Source of the DNA: the human T2T-CHM13v2.0 reference genome, Homo sapiens
Length of the DNA stretch: 64,000 nucleotides
Strand: one strand, 5' to 3'
Assembly: GCF_009914755.1 (NCBI RefSeq)
Contig: NC_060938.1
Part shown: positions 20,670 to 35,284 of the stretch, piece after piece
Layout of the letters: every line of letters starts with the position of its first letter
Numbering within the stretch: position 1 is the first letter of the stretch
The notes under the pieces: model-generated
Databases searched by the model: none
Seen by the model: the letters and a program-made list of their open reading frames with translations, nothing else
Told to the model about the DNA's origin: nothing
Made by a program: the position numbers and the translations under genes

Positions 20670-21300
20670 TTATTTATTAATTTCAAAGGGGGAAAACAGT
20701 AACTTTAAGTGGATAATCTGGAAGACACCAGCTTAAGCCATGTGCCTTCTGACACAATGCACTGAGACAGATACAATATTGCTTCTGTAATGTTCCTACT
20801 ACTGAAAATAAATGACCCTAATCATTAGGTGACACCAACCTAACTTAAATTTAAGGACTTTCTACAAAATAACAGGCTGTACTCTTTTAAATATGCCAGC
20901 ATCCTTCAAGACAAAGAAAGGTAACCCCAGATTAAGAGAAATTGAAAAGACATGACAGCAAAATGCGATGTGTGATCTCAGTTTGGATGGTGGAAAGGAT
21001 GGACTATTGTTTAGATAACAATAACATGTGAATGTTAAATGTACTGATTTCGATCATTGCCCTGTGAGTATTTAAAAGAACGACTTGGTTCTTAGGAAAT
21101 ACACACTGAAGTATTTGGGGATAAAGGTCTACAATATCTCACTCACTGAACCTGGGACATGGTGAGCATCAAAATAAACAATGACAGTAATAAATTATAA
21201 CCCAATGAACAAAAGGAAGAATCCACGAATCCACATAGGTATAAATAAATACATACTCAATATATATATAAAAGGAAATAAAATGCTTTTCCTTACAATA
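20670..21300 (+). mobile_element. Ancient L1MC 3' fragments (right part)
   Basis: TTATTAATTTCAAAGGGGGAAAACAGTAACTTTA...CTTAGGAAATACACACTGAAGTATTT. Confidence 0.65.
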
Positions 21301-22544
21301 AAATTACTCTCAAATAGTTCAGAAAGAGAAGTTGTGTGAATGAGAGAACACACACAAATGACAAAGCAAGTAGGGGAAATGACAACAATTGGTGAATCTT
21401 AGCAAAGGAGAGTTTGAATGAAATATGCCAACAGCAAGCACTGAGATGGAAAGGCAAGTAGACTGATAGTGGAGAGGAGCTAGGAGGCGTGGATATCCAC
21501 TTCACTTCACTCTCGTGGGAGGGAGACAATGGAGGATTCCTTTCCGTGCTTCACATTCCAGCCATCCTCTAATATGTTTATTTCCAGGTCATTCCATGTC
21601 CCTCCTCAGCAAAGTCAAATGAGGGTCCTCTTCTTGTAGAGTTCACTGCCTTCATTGTGAGAGTTACTGCTGGCCAGAATGGGGTCTTTTTCAACTGTTT
21701 AAAAAGCATGATCAGCCATGCATCTTCAGGTTGGTTACATTAGCAACACAGGTCCAGACAGGAAATCAGGAAAGCCTGCTTCAATCTAGATCATAGGCCA
21801 GTGTAACCCCTGGAGTACTTCTCAGTGTACAAGATGATGGCTGAGGCAGGCTCTCTCAGATCCATTATCTGCTTCTTCAAGGAGAATAAGACTGTGTTAC
21901 GGAAGAGGTAGGGTCCCGAAGGATAAGTCAGTTAACCTTCAGAATCTTGGCTATGGTGACCATGCACCTCCTGCATTGTCAGATCCTCTAGTAGGATTTT
22001 ACTAAGGGTGTCGGTACCATCTCTCACACCAAGTTTCAGAAAGTGATTTTCCCCTTGGTTCCTTTTTGACTGAAGGATGGGACCTCAGGCCACCCAAACC
22101 CACAGCTGCTAGACACCACACTTTCTAGAGATCATTCTTGACTCCATGCATAATTGACTCACCACTGAGCCCCACCCTGGAACCAGGGACCTGACCTAGA
22201 ACATCTGAAGCGCTCCCTAATTCCAGGAATTGGTTGGTGCTCCACCTTGGACTAGAAGAGCTTGACTTGCTTGATGTGGGAAAACCCAAATGACCTGGGG
22301 AAACAGCTTCACCAGGTGATATGCTCTAAGTCTTCAGGAGCTTTTTTTTTTGGAAGGTCTCTGGTATTTGCCCATTAATTACTAAAAGTTTCTTAGCTGC
22401 AGAGTAGTGTGGCAATGGTAAGAAATTAAATGTGTTGGCTTTTTAAAATGGGTTCTAATATCTGCCTGTAAGAAATCTTAATTCTAGGGCATTAGTCACA
22501 CCATATCAGTGGTTTAAAGTTGAAGAACTGTCAGATGAGAAAAG

Positions 22545-22705
22545 AGGAAAAAGATATACATAGCCTTAAAATATCATTCCACATAATATTTATTATTACA
22601 AAGGGAAAAATAACTTTACAGTGGTGACATCTAGAGAATAGATACCAACTCAAACCACCTGCCTCCTGACATGAGGGACTGAGAATACAGTAACACTCCT
22701 GTAAT
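22545..22705 (+). mobile_element. Second L1MC 3' fragment
   Basis: AAAATATC...TTACAAAGGGAAAAATAACTTTACAGTGG is homologous to the sequence spanning the L1-B insertion site. Confidence 0.55.
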
Positions 22706-22903
22706 ATGCAGAGGTAAGAATGTGTGAGATCCTCGTTCCTCTTACTTCTGGGCTGCTCTTAACCTCCATCACTCATATGCGTGGAACCTCTTCTTTCCGG
22801 TCTTAATTCCTTAGTAGGCTGGATATGATTTGTCTTAATACCTTTCCTCACTCATTCTGCCTCCCTCCAAAGTTTACATTTTTGGCTCCCCATATGGTCT
22901 TTT

Positions 22904-23219
<316 letters not shown>

Positions 23220-23741
23220 TAGGGTGATGGGGTTCCTTTAGAGACTCACTAAAGTTCATTATGAATAAAATTCTGCTGGTACTGAGTGGTGGCTCATGTG
23301 GAAAATTACAGAAAATACTTACTACATGTCTGCCCCCATGGTTAGAATCCAATTTTATATCAAAGCTAGGTCTTGTCTATTTATTACAATCTTTAGAGTT
23401 AACATTTTGGACCAGCAAGAAGGAGCCAATTTTCCCTAAGTTTTAAGTCTAAGCATATCCATTCTGGAGTTAATTTGCACTCATATTTTTCTGGGCTGCT
23501 TAAGAAGTCTGGGTAAAGAATGAGTTGAAGGGCTTTCAACTTCTACTTGTCACTATCCTGAGACCTTTCAAAACTTTGCCTGGATGTCTGAAGGAAAAAA
23601 TTTATTTGCTTCCTTCCTTCCAGTTGGTTGCTAATAACTTAAAACCACCCTCATCCATACTGGGTCCCAACACATGAGGCTTTCCCTCCTACTGCTCAGT
23701 AGACGTTAACTACAGAAAGCTAGGAACTGCTGGAAAGGTAA

Positions 23742-24354
<613 letters not shown>

Positions 24355-25724
24355 AAAAATAATTTAAAATTAATTTATGTGGTAAGACTTGAGTTTGACC
24401 ATTGAATGAGGAAATGAGACCAGATTCTGGGATATTGCCAGAGCTATGAATTTGATGACTGAAGTCTTTCAAGTCCAGGTCTGGTTAACTGTTGGGAAGG
24501 TTGTTTTCTCAGTTAGATAAACCCAAGGAGCTTTATAAGTTCCAGGTTTGTTTTCTTGCTGAGTCTACGTAGGACTGTCTTGAATTGAACAGTTGATTTG
24601 TAAAAACTAAAAATAAAATTAACCAAATAAGGTACCTATGGAGATGTTCCGCTCTCAGAACTATTAAAGGAGTGCTTGGAAGGTGTGCTCAGGTTCCTGT
24701 TTGTATATATTTTTATTAACTCTACAACTGTTCAACCATCCAGCTAAAACCACCATGAACTCTCTCACGGTTTTTAAAAGGGCATCTTTACTATTCCCAA
24801 ATTGTAGAACTAGAGAGTTAGCAACAGTAGCCCCCAAAGCAGTCACCCAGTGGTGGTGGTATCCTCTGGGCAAGCTTCTGCAGCACACGTGTCCTAGGAT
24901 CAAGGAGGAGGGCATTTTCATGGGCATCATTGATGAGTCCTACTTTGCATCAGGACTATCCCAATCCTGAATGCCAAGAAACTCAAGAGAAGAAAAATAT
25001 ACATCGAGGCTTTCCACGGCTCTCCACTCCTACTCAGTCACAGCTACCCAAGCTTCTTATTACACAGCTGCAGCTACATGTTCTGCTTCTGTAGTATCAA
25101 AAGCTAATACCACAGGGGACCTGCATGCCAGAAGAACCCAGCCACAAACAGCTACAGGTTGTGGCCACAGGAAAGGACTCTATAGATGGAAGCATGCCTA
25201 TTTCTTTCTTCATAAATTGAAAGTTTAGGCCCAGCAAGCCAATAATTTATGCAGGAGGTTATTTCACTACTGATCATTAACAAACTCTGTATTAACTTGC
25301 AAAGAAGTCTCTTTGGAGTTATGCAAGATTTGTGTTTGCTCTTTATATATCTATTTCTTATCTATATTTCAGTAGACAGGAATTGATTGTGGAGATCACA
25401 TGATCAATACATTTTTGATCCTAATTATCAACGATTATTGAGAACTTGCTTTTAATTAACTGTAAGAGTTGGGATCTACAACTGATCAGGTGGAAAGTGC
25501 ATGAAATATGCCACCAGTTTTTACTTTGTGTATTGGTACCACTCTTAACAGGGATTAATATGTGCCTTGTCATGGAATACAGAAGGAGAAACACATTCAA
25601 ATCATATTATTTCATTATTTGTAATACAGTGGCCAACTATAAGGTTACTGCCACAAAGAAGGGCTACATACAGGTGAACTATTTGAAAAGAAAGTCACTG
25701 TTTTGGGTAGGCATCTCACTAACA

Positions 25725-25920
25725 TTTACACTTGGGAGCCAGTCCACATGGGTTTGAGTCCCAGTTCTACCACTTACTAATCGTATGACTCATCTATAAA
25801 ATGGGGATGGTAATAGTATCTGCCTCATGTGATTGTTCTGAGAGTTAAACAAGTTAATATGTGTGGCATACTTAGTGCAGCACATAGTAAACTCAAATGT
25901 GTTAGTTTGAATATTATTAT
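25725..25920 (+). mobile_element. MIR fragment
   Basis: GGGTTTGAGTCCCAGTTCTACCACTTACTA...CTCATCTATAAAATGGGGAT. Confidence 0.75.
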
Positions 25921-26479
25921 TTGACTAGAACACACTGTAGTCAATTATCTGGTACAGTAACTCATTTAGGTACCTAGAGATTTTTTAATAACTAACTTAT
26001 GACCAAGGTGATAGTTTAGCAATATCTGATTTCAATTTTTTCCCAAGATGAAATGAGTGCACCCAGGGCATTGACAACTCTTTTGACTGCGCTCTGCTAC
26101 ACGCCCACAACTGTTCGAGGAGAGATGTGTGGTCATGCCCTCAAGTATTTCCTGGCCTGTGTGGAGGCAAGGTGATCTTCTATTTATGCTCCTCTGATTT
26201 CAAAAATATGTAAGAATATGGCTGTATTCCAGGTACCGCTCAGGAAGTATTACATCATACTTACCTACCCTCAAAACTTATCAAAAGTTCTACTGGAAAA
26301 AGCATTACTTATGAAAGTTTATCTGAAGGATATACATGCCTCACAATGATAAATTAATCAAATGATAATAATAGCTCTACAAGGATTTTGTTAGGGTCAT
26401 TGTCATTTCCATTAAACAGCATCCTCTCAAAATAAATCTAAGAGGAAATTTTCTTTCTGGTCTCAGTATCCAAAATGAT

Positions 26480-26720
26480 AATAAAGGTTAATGTTTATTG
26501 AGTGCTACCAAGAACCCATCACTTTTTAGAGTATTTTATAGGTTTTAATCTGTGAAACACTTCTATGAAATTACCTTTGATTTACAGGTGAGAAAACTGA
26601 AACAGAGAGGTTACATAACTTGTCCAAATCTACAAAGGTCATAAATTGTAGAGACAGGATTGAAACGCAGGTAATCCAGCTCCAGAGAGCAGTCTCTAAA
26701 CCATCACCCTATAACACCTC
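26480..26720 (-). mobile_element. MIR fragment
   Basis: TTTACAGGTGAGAAAACTGAAACAGAGAGGTTACATAACTTGTCCAA. Confidence 0.75.
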
Positions 26721-26949
26721 CTAAAAAACTTGTTCTGCTCCTGAACAGCTAGTTTCATTTTGTACCATTGGTTTTTCTGAATCATGAAATTGATTTACAT
26801 TCATTGTTAGGAAGCTCAGAGCCAAATTCCTAGCCATGTAAGAGACCTTGTGACATAAATTTTATATTTCAACCTCTATCCAAACTCCTTTCTTTCATAT
26901 TTACATTTTTTCTTTGTCCTATTATCCTGACTCCACTTACAAAAATAAT

Positions 26950-27305
26950 CCCAGGGGGTAGGGTGGTGTGGGGGATGAATAGGCAGAGCATGGAGGATTT
27001 TTAGAGCAGTGAAATACTGTATGTGATACTATAATGGTAGATACATGTCAGTATACACACATCCAAACCCGCAGAATGTACAAAGCAACAATGAATCCTA
27101 ATGTAAACTATGAACTCTGAGTGACTATGATGTGTCAGTGTAGGTTCATCAATTGTAACAAATGTTCCATTCTGACCAGGGATGTTGATAACAGGGGAGG
27201 CCATGCGTGTGTGGGAGCAGGGGGCATATGGGAAACATCTGTACCTTCCCCTCAATTTTGCTGTGAACATAAAGCTGCTCTAAAAACATAAAGTCTTAAA
27301 TAATA
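26950..27305 (+). mobile_element. L1MC1-like 3' end
   Basis: GAGGATTTTTAGAGCAGTGAAA...CCTAATGTAAACTATG...GTCAGTGTAGGTTCATC...CTCAATTTTGCTGTGAAC. Confidence 0.75.
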
Positions 27306-27618
27306 ATACTACCTGCCTGATAACAAAACCTGTCAAAAGTGGTAGGGAAAGGAACATTACAAACCAGTCTTACTCATGAACATAGATGCAAAAATATTTT
27401 TTAACTGGCAAACTGATTTAAGCAATGTATTTTTAAAATATTATATTTAGTTTGAATATCTCAAAAATGCAAGGATGATTTAGCATTACAAAATATGCGA
27501 ATAATGTAACTCATCATATTAACAAATGATAAATCTATAATCACCTGAATTCCAGAGAAAAAACTATATGATAAAATACAGAACCCATTCATGACTTAAA
27601 AAAAAAAAAACAAATCTT

Positions 27619-27880
27619 CTTTTTTTTATCTTTTTTTTTATATACTTTAAGTTTTAGGGTACATGTGCACAACATGCAGGTTTGTTACACGTTTACATGT
27701 GCCATGTTGGTGTGCTGCACCCATTAACTCGTCATTTACATTAGGTATATCTCCAAATGCTTTCCCTACCCCCTACCCCCACCCCACAACAGGCCCCAGT
27801 GTGTGATGTTCCCCTTCCTGTGTCCAAGTGTTCTCATTGTTCAATTCCCACCTATGAGTGAGAACATGCGGTGCTTGTTT
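27619..27880 (-). mobile_element. L1-E: 5'-truncated L1PA4/5-like 3' fragment
   Basis: 3'UTR plus T-tract; 16-bp TSD AAAAAAAACAAATCTT at 27603-27618 and 27881-27896. Confidence 0.93.
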
Positions 27881-28705
27881 AAAAAAAACAAATCTTAACA
27901 AACTTGAAATAGAAGGGAACTTTTCTAACTAATAAAAATAATTAAAGATAAACCTATAGCAAACAACATGTCCCAAACACATATGGATGTTTGATGTCTG
28001 GCATAGTTAGTTAACCCTGTAAATCAGTTAAGAAAAAAAAGCTGACTTTTCAGTAAATAGTGCTGGGGCAATTATCCATAGGGAAAAATATAAAACTGGA
28101 CTCCTACCACAAACAAATATCAACTCCAGGATTAAAGTTCCAAAAGCAAATGGCAAAACATAAAACTTTCAGAAGAAAATATACACAAATAGCTTAATTA
28201 CCCATGGATAGGAAAGCAGATTATAAATAAGATGAAAAGTATAAACCACAAAGTAAAATATCAACAGATTTGAGTGAATTAAAATTAAGAAAATCTGTTT
28301 ATAAAAGATCACATCAAGGAGAAAAGTCACAAAATTGGAAAAATTATCAGCAACTCATATACAGGATGAAAATCAAAACCACAATATATCAATAACTTGT
28401 ATAATTCAATTTTTAAAAAAAGTAAACAACTCAGAAAACAGCCTTGAATAGACACTTTCACAAAAGAGGAAGCCTGAATGACCAATAGGATGCTCAATTT
28501 CTTTAGTAATCAAGGAAATGCAAATTAAACCACAGTTGGTTACAATTTTATAGCCAAGATGGACAAAATATTCTGAAGTCATTAAATGTAAATTTTTAAA
28601 ATAACAAGCCTGGGTGAGGATGCAAAGCTAAAGGATTCCTCACCCACTGAACGTAAGAGCTAAATTGGGAACAGTCACTTTGGAAAATAGTTAGGAATTC
28701 CCCAG

Positions 28706-29121
28706 TGTAGAAAGGCAGTAAAATCAAACACCACAAGATCATGATGTAAAGGCACAGAATTGGCTTTGGTGAGGAAACAGAGGGTCAGCAAAACGGGCAT
28801 GGTTCATGGTTAGCTCAGTCTCCCGCCTAAAAGTGTGAGAGCCAGGGTACTACTGTACATACCAGGGGGCTCTACTCCAGAGGCAGGACCCCATGAGAAT
28901 GGCTTGACCAGTGGGTAGGGAGGGAGGGGAGTTGATTGGTGTAAGCAGTCTGGATTTAGATGCCAACTATTCAGAGTTGTCTGGCAACACCACTGCTAGC
29001 ATCCTGTGACCTCGTGTGAAACTGGGTGGGGAAAGGGGTAGTTCCTAAGCCCAGCTCTCTTGGTGCTTGGCAACCTGAGCCCCCCGAGCATTTATCAGAC
29101 AATCATATTTGCCTCTTCACA
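28706..29121. mobile_element. LTR-like insert, family unassigned
   Basis: GC-richer ~415-bp block with TG...CA ends interrupting colinear L1ME sequence; no clear TSD. Confidence 0.45.
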
Positions 29122-32100
29122 ACTTGTAAAGTTGACCACGTGCTGTATAGCCCAGCAATCATTCCTAAGATTGATTATACCCTAGATTATACCCTAGATT
29201 ATCTCTCATAAATGTATAATATTGTATAGGTACAATAATAGCTGTATTGCATGTAATAGCAAAAACTGGAAACAACTCCAAACATCTATCAATAGACTGG
29301 ATAAATAAATTATGGTATTTTCAAATATTCAAATACTGTAGAATAGAGAAAATGGATAAAGTTTAGTTATATGCACCAATATTTTAAAATCTCAACATAA
29401 TATTAAGAATAAGAAGTGAATCACAGAAATTTTTAAAAAGGCAAAAGTGAAATTATTATTTTGAGCTATACTTACAAGTGGTGAGATTATAAAGAAAAGC
29501 AATGAAATTATCACAAGGTGATAATTTTAATATTATTGCATATGTATTAGAGATTTGGCAGGAGGGTAGTAGTGAGATGTGATTGCAGAACGGCCCAAAG
29601 AGCACTTCTAAAATACTATCAGTGTTCTTTATCTTAACCTGAGTGCTGGATCCACAAGTATTTGCTTCATTAGTCTTCTTTTGACAGTATATATACGTTT
29701 TTTACACTCTTCTGTTAATTATTTCACAATTTTATAAAAAGCAGAGAAAAGACATTATGAGAATATGGAAAACAAAGATAAATCTTTGAACAGACTTCAA
29801 TTCTTATCCTTGGGATAAATTTCTAGGAATATCATTGTTAAGTCAAAAGGCATGAATACTTTTAAAGAGTCAGCATTGATACACACCTGAGCAGTCCCCC
29901 TTATTTTTAGTTTTACTATGTATCCATGTATATACATTGCCTCACTCTTTTCTGAAACAAGGTGAAGGCTATATAAACCAATAGTAAGGTAAGGAAGTGG
30001 TACGAGATGTGGGTTGCAGAGCTATGTTGCATGTGTGGTGTTTCTCCCCAATGAGAACTTCAGTTACATTCCCTTGCAAGGCTGCAAATGTGATGGGTGT
30101 GTTATTCCAGGATCACAGAGCCTTCTCCACAAACCAAAGAAAGAGACCAGGAAGTCTTCTCACTTTCAGCCTGAAAATACCCTTCCAGGTTCTCCTGCCT
30201 GTCCATAGACAAAGGCCTTCTCGGGCCATCTAATATCAGCTTTCCTATCTACCTGAAACTCACTGCAGCCTTTTCCTCTGTATGCGTGAGATTTATTATC
30301 AGCTCATTTTGATGGAAATGCAGTGACTTCAAAACCGCTGATAGCTATCAGCAAAGAGCTGACAGCTCCTAACATAAACATCCTAAGAGATACTTCCTTT
30401 TTTCAGGTGCTTTGCAGGGTATGGAAATAAATATCGTTGACTGGGCACAGAGAGAAAAATAAAAAAAAAAAAAACTCTACTTGCTGCAAAGACCTCAGGA
30501 AAAGCAGAAGCCGGTGCAGTGCCTGTGTCCTCAGCCTAGTGTTGTCCCAGAGACAGCCCTGCCCTACAGCCCAGTTCAGTCACAGCCCTGCAGACACCTA
30601 CCATTGCACTCTCCTCCTATCTCTAGCAGAGCCCTTCCCAGCACAAGGCAAATACTTGTCTCTATGCCTGTCTCCCTCTTTCCCCATTCGGCTGTGCCTT
30701 GAACATCTTTGATGCTCAGCACCCAACGTGATGACTGGTACTTAGAATCTACCGTTCAAAAAAGCCTCCCTCAAAGATTAGTAGCACCCTACTCTTTCCA
30801 CCCAAAGGAAAACATGGGTCCAGACTGACAAAGACACACGTCCAAAGCCACAGAGAGTGTGGTAGAGGCAGAACCATTAGTCTTCTGAATCCCATTCCTA
30901 TTTACTGCGAGGAATAAAAGTTTCAGTAACAGCTATATTGTATACCAGTTCCTGGCCTCCTCAAGTCTGCATCTCTGCCCTGGCAGAAACAAAATGAGCT
31001 AATTAAATGCTTGCCACTGGCTTATTTTGGAAACTTCATGGACTGTGTGAAAGCCCGAATAAATTTCAGGCCACTATTGATTACTTCAAATGCAGAGGAA
31101 ATCATCCAAGCATGGGAAGAAGGTGAGGAAGCTAAACCCGTGGCTGAGGGTTATTAATATTGTAATGCTTTTGCTTATTGGTGCAGAAAAGCAACTCTTG
31201 GCTATATAAGGGACTAAAGCTTTAAGGCTATAATGGAGGAGAGTAAATAGAATCCTTCAAGGTTGAAGAAGAGTCCAACCAAATACTCGACCTAATTGCT
31301 TTGGAATAACCAAGATCACCCTGCTTACTGCGGGAGAAAGAAAATCAATAGATTGCATTTAGAGGGAACTAAAAGCACAATTGGGTCATCCTCTGTGTGG
31401 CTGGTAGAGAATGGTACCTTGGCACTGATCCCCAGAGGGTGGCAATTAAGTGAAAAACAGTCCATGCTGCCTAACGTAACCCAGCAGCTTTTAAATATAA
31501 AATAGTTCACTGCAAATGTAAAGGTTTCCAGAGAATCTGCAGAAACACCCATCCTTGAGAGGCTTTCATAAGGCAAGCGAAGCCTTGCTCATCCTTCTCT
31601 CCAGCACATATGCTAGTAAGATGGGATTTCATCCACTGGAAAAACTGATCAGGTTCTGAATAATAGCATTAGTCTCAATCACAGAGATCCGGGGGATCCA
31701 AATTAAATCTCTCCTATTTCTCATGAAGACCTTTTAGACTTTCAGTCCAGAGTTTTGCATGCCCAACTTTTGAACTTTCCTATCCCAAATTAACCAACAT
31801 CATCCATCACATAGGAAAACTTCTTCAGAGAACATAGGATGCTTTGAAAAAATAGATGCTACTGTTCAACAGTTGGCACAGGACTGACCCTAACGAACAA
31901 GACTTAGACATACCTAGCCTCAAGTCGTGACCATTCCAACCCATCACCTCTTTGTATTCACCTTTTAGTGATAAATTTTAGGTAGGAAGTAACTGACATT
32001 TGTGAGTTCAAGCGAGGATTCAAATGGACACATAAACAAGGCGTATTATTTGTTTCAAAGTAAGTTATGTATCAAACTATTTCTAATACCATGTCAAACT

Positions 32101-32439
32101 ACATAATTCTAAAAACACCTTAAAATTAAGTAAAGTAAACCTTTTTTGCAATATAGATTTGGGGGCCAGGAATAATTCATTCTCTGTAAGCAAAACAGGT
32201 TTTGTCCCTTTTACACAATTGTCATTTTCTGGGGAGAGGGTACAGTTGGATTCATGGGTTATTCTAAAGTCAGCTACAGCATGGCCCATCCTTCCCTGTG
32301 ACTCTTCCACCCAGTCCATTGCTTGTCAGACCCAAAACCCCTGCCCTGCAAACTGTTGGATCCTCCTGCTCCTCGTCCTCCTTTGGCTGTGGCCACAGCC
32401 TCCTCTGGGCTCTGTCTCTGGTGCACTTGCTCCACCTGA

Positions 32440-32975
32440 AGCCTTGCACTGTGCTACCACTATCCCGTGTTTCACGTCCTTTGTAGCTCTTCACTGCCTA
32501 GGGAAAAAGCCCAAGCTCTTCAGCAGAATCATCATGACCCCTCTCAAAAGTCCCAGGCTGCCTTCCAGCCTCACCTCTCTACCCTCCAGCATCCTGTGCT
32601 CTGGTCTAGCCAGAGTCCCCCTTTCTCAAATAGGCCTGGTATTCATGCCTCTACCTTCTTTGTACAATACTCTGCCTAAAATAATTTTTCTTGCTCCCTG
32701 GCCACGAAAACTTCTACTTATTCATCTACATGTAGTTCCCCACTACTTCTTAAAGCTTCCCCCTCTCCCCTCAGGCAGAATTATCTACCCTCTTCTGCAC
32801 TTCCATTGCTTTCTGAAACAGTATTGGTTACATATTTATCACCCTGTGAACACCACCAGCTCCTCGTGGGCAGGGCCCTTGCTGAGCTTAATCTGTGTGT
32901 CCTCTGTGTTCCCCTCTGTGCCAGCACATAGAAGCTATACTACATCTTTGCTGAAAGAATTGATTCTATTGGATT
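32440..32975 (+). mobile_element. L2 3' fragment
   Basis: Pyrimidine-rich body ending GGGCAGGG...TCTGTGTTCCCC...CCAGCACATAG...TGCTGAAAGAATTGA. Confidence 0.6.
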
Positions 32976-33489
32976 GATTTCCAGAGAAATGGTATTGTTC
33001 CCAAGAGTAGAGGTTGGGACTCTCACCTCTATCAAATACTTTACCAATAGTGACAGCTCAGTGAGGTACGAGGCAACACCGACACCCACTTATTTTACAA
33101 GGCCGTTTATTTGATCACCAGGTTTCGTGTGTAATGCTGATACTGCTGTGTCGACAATATGACATCTTCTTGTTGTCACACACGTTTTACAAGGGATGCT
33201 TCTTTGCATCTCTATCAGAGTTCATGAGATGAAGACTGTGTGGGCATGCTGGCTTGCCTGCTGACGGGCACAAACTAAGCACCTAGGAAGGGATTGCTGA
33301 ATTATAATTGTTTGTCCGATTTTTAAAAGAGTATGTGGGGATATTTCTCCTCTCATAACTCCCTTCTTTGGTCTTGGGTCTAGTTAAACACTTAGTTCTA
33401 TATTCCACTTTCAACTCCAAGACATGACATACTCACCCTCACTAGGCCACGCCTTTTCTTATGATCTTGACTCATTTACTCATTTCAAA

Positions 33490-33865
33490 TACTGTTAAAT
33501 TTTTAAACATTATTTTATATACATTCACATGGCACAAAACTTGAAAGGAATTATACATATATTAAACATAATAAATCACCTGGTGAAAAATTCTAAAGAA
33601 CAAAGATTATAAGGGAAAATTCTTATCACTCACCCCTCTCCTTCCTTGAAGGCAATCAACATTGCCTGCTTCTTCTGTGATCTTCCAGGGAGAATCTATG
33701 CATAACAAGCATATACACTTCCTTCCATTTTACACAATTGCTAACATATTATACACACTATTCTGCAATTGCTCTTTTCACTTACTTTCTCCTGGGGCTT
33801 GTTTTGTATCTGTCCATTAAGAGTGTCCTCGTTCATTTTTTATAGAGGCTCAGTCTTCCACTATG
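33490..33865 (-). mobile_element. L1ME 3' fragment
   Basis: ATATTATACACACTATTCTGCAATTGCTCTTTTCACTTA. Confidence 0.6.
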
Positions 33866-34459
33866 GCTTCAAATCACTCCTCCAAGAAAGGCAAGTGTCG
33901 TGCCCAGGCCCTGACACGTTCAGGCTGCCTCCTGGTAGCTGCTGTAAGACAAATGTCATGGGTTAAACAGGAAGCATAGTTCCCTTGAAAAGGAGCACTG
34001 CCCCGTGGGCATGTGGCACATATATGGACTGAAACCATACTTTGGCCTTTGCTGTACCACATCTAGCTGCATTATTTGGCCCACAAGATTTTCTGAAAGT
34101 AGAAAAGTATACTTGTGACTCCAGTGCATGAATAGGGCACTTTATTCTGAGTAGAGCCTTTGGTTAATGCCTCAAGATAAACATATGATTGGCTAAGGAT
34201 ATGCTCAGCAAGTCTCTTAACTTAGTTTTGGCAGATCCAAGGAATTTATTATTGGTGAGATATAATTGTTCAGCTTATAGTATTTGTACCAATTAGGCAT
34301 TATTTATACTATAAAATAAATATTATGACTAGAGTTTCAAATTCACCTCCATCATAACCCTTAAATGTTTTTTATTGGAATAAGAACCAATAGGACCCTG
34401 ACAGATATATTTTTGGATCTCTCTCTCTCTCTCTTTTGCTCTCTCTCTCTCCCCCTCTC

Positions 34460-34755
34460 TCTGTGTTGTATAAATAGCAGCCATCAACTACTAGCCACAT
34501 GTAATCTGGGTTTTTGAAATGTGGCTAGTGCCATTTGAGGTGTGCTGTAACTGTAAAATATATACCAGATTTTGAAGACAACATAAAATATACATTATTT
34601 CATTAATAATTTTATACTGATTATGTATTAAAATATTTTTGATATATTGAGTTAAACATTTTAAAAATTCCTTTTACCTGTGTCTTTTTCTTTTTCAATG
34701 GGGCTATTAGAAAACTTAAAATTACATTTATATCTCCATTGGAGAGTCTTAGTCT
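34460..34755. mobile_element. hAT-Charlie DNA transposon (MER33-like), preceded by a (TC)n tract at 34418-34460
   Basis: ACTAGCCACATGT...GAAATGTGGCTAGTG...ACCAGATTTTGAAGAC...TAGAAAACTTAAAATTACAT. Confidence 0.7.
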
Positions 34756-34780
34756 ATACCATGCATTTATTTCCTGCTTA

Positions 34781-35284
<504 letters not shown>

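Larger units (their letters stand above)
27310..29745 (+). mobile_element. Ancient L1ME-type element (ORF2 remnant to 3' end), interrupted by L1-E and an LTR-like insert
   Basis: CTCATGAACATAGATGCAAAAAT, TAGTAATCAAGGAAATGCAAATTAAA, TGGATAAATAAATTATGGTAT motifs in L1 order. Confidence 0.75.

Noticed and set aside
21480-22340. Possible processed pseudogene or coding exon
   Set aside because: The exon-like frame I translated has an in-frame stop, resembles no protein I recognise, and I saw no A tail or TSD
24860-25230. Coding-looking stretch
   Set aside because: Three forward frames give short, unrecognisable peptides; cannot be supported without a homology search
32159-32977. 272-codon ORF
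   Set aside because: Non-ATG start, no recognisable domain, Leu/Pro/Ser-rich, and mostly within a pyrimidine-rich L2 remnant
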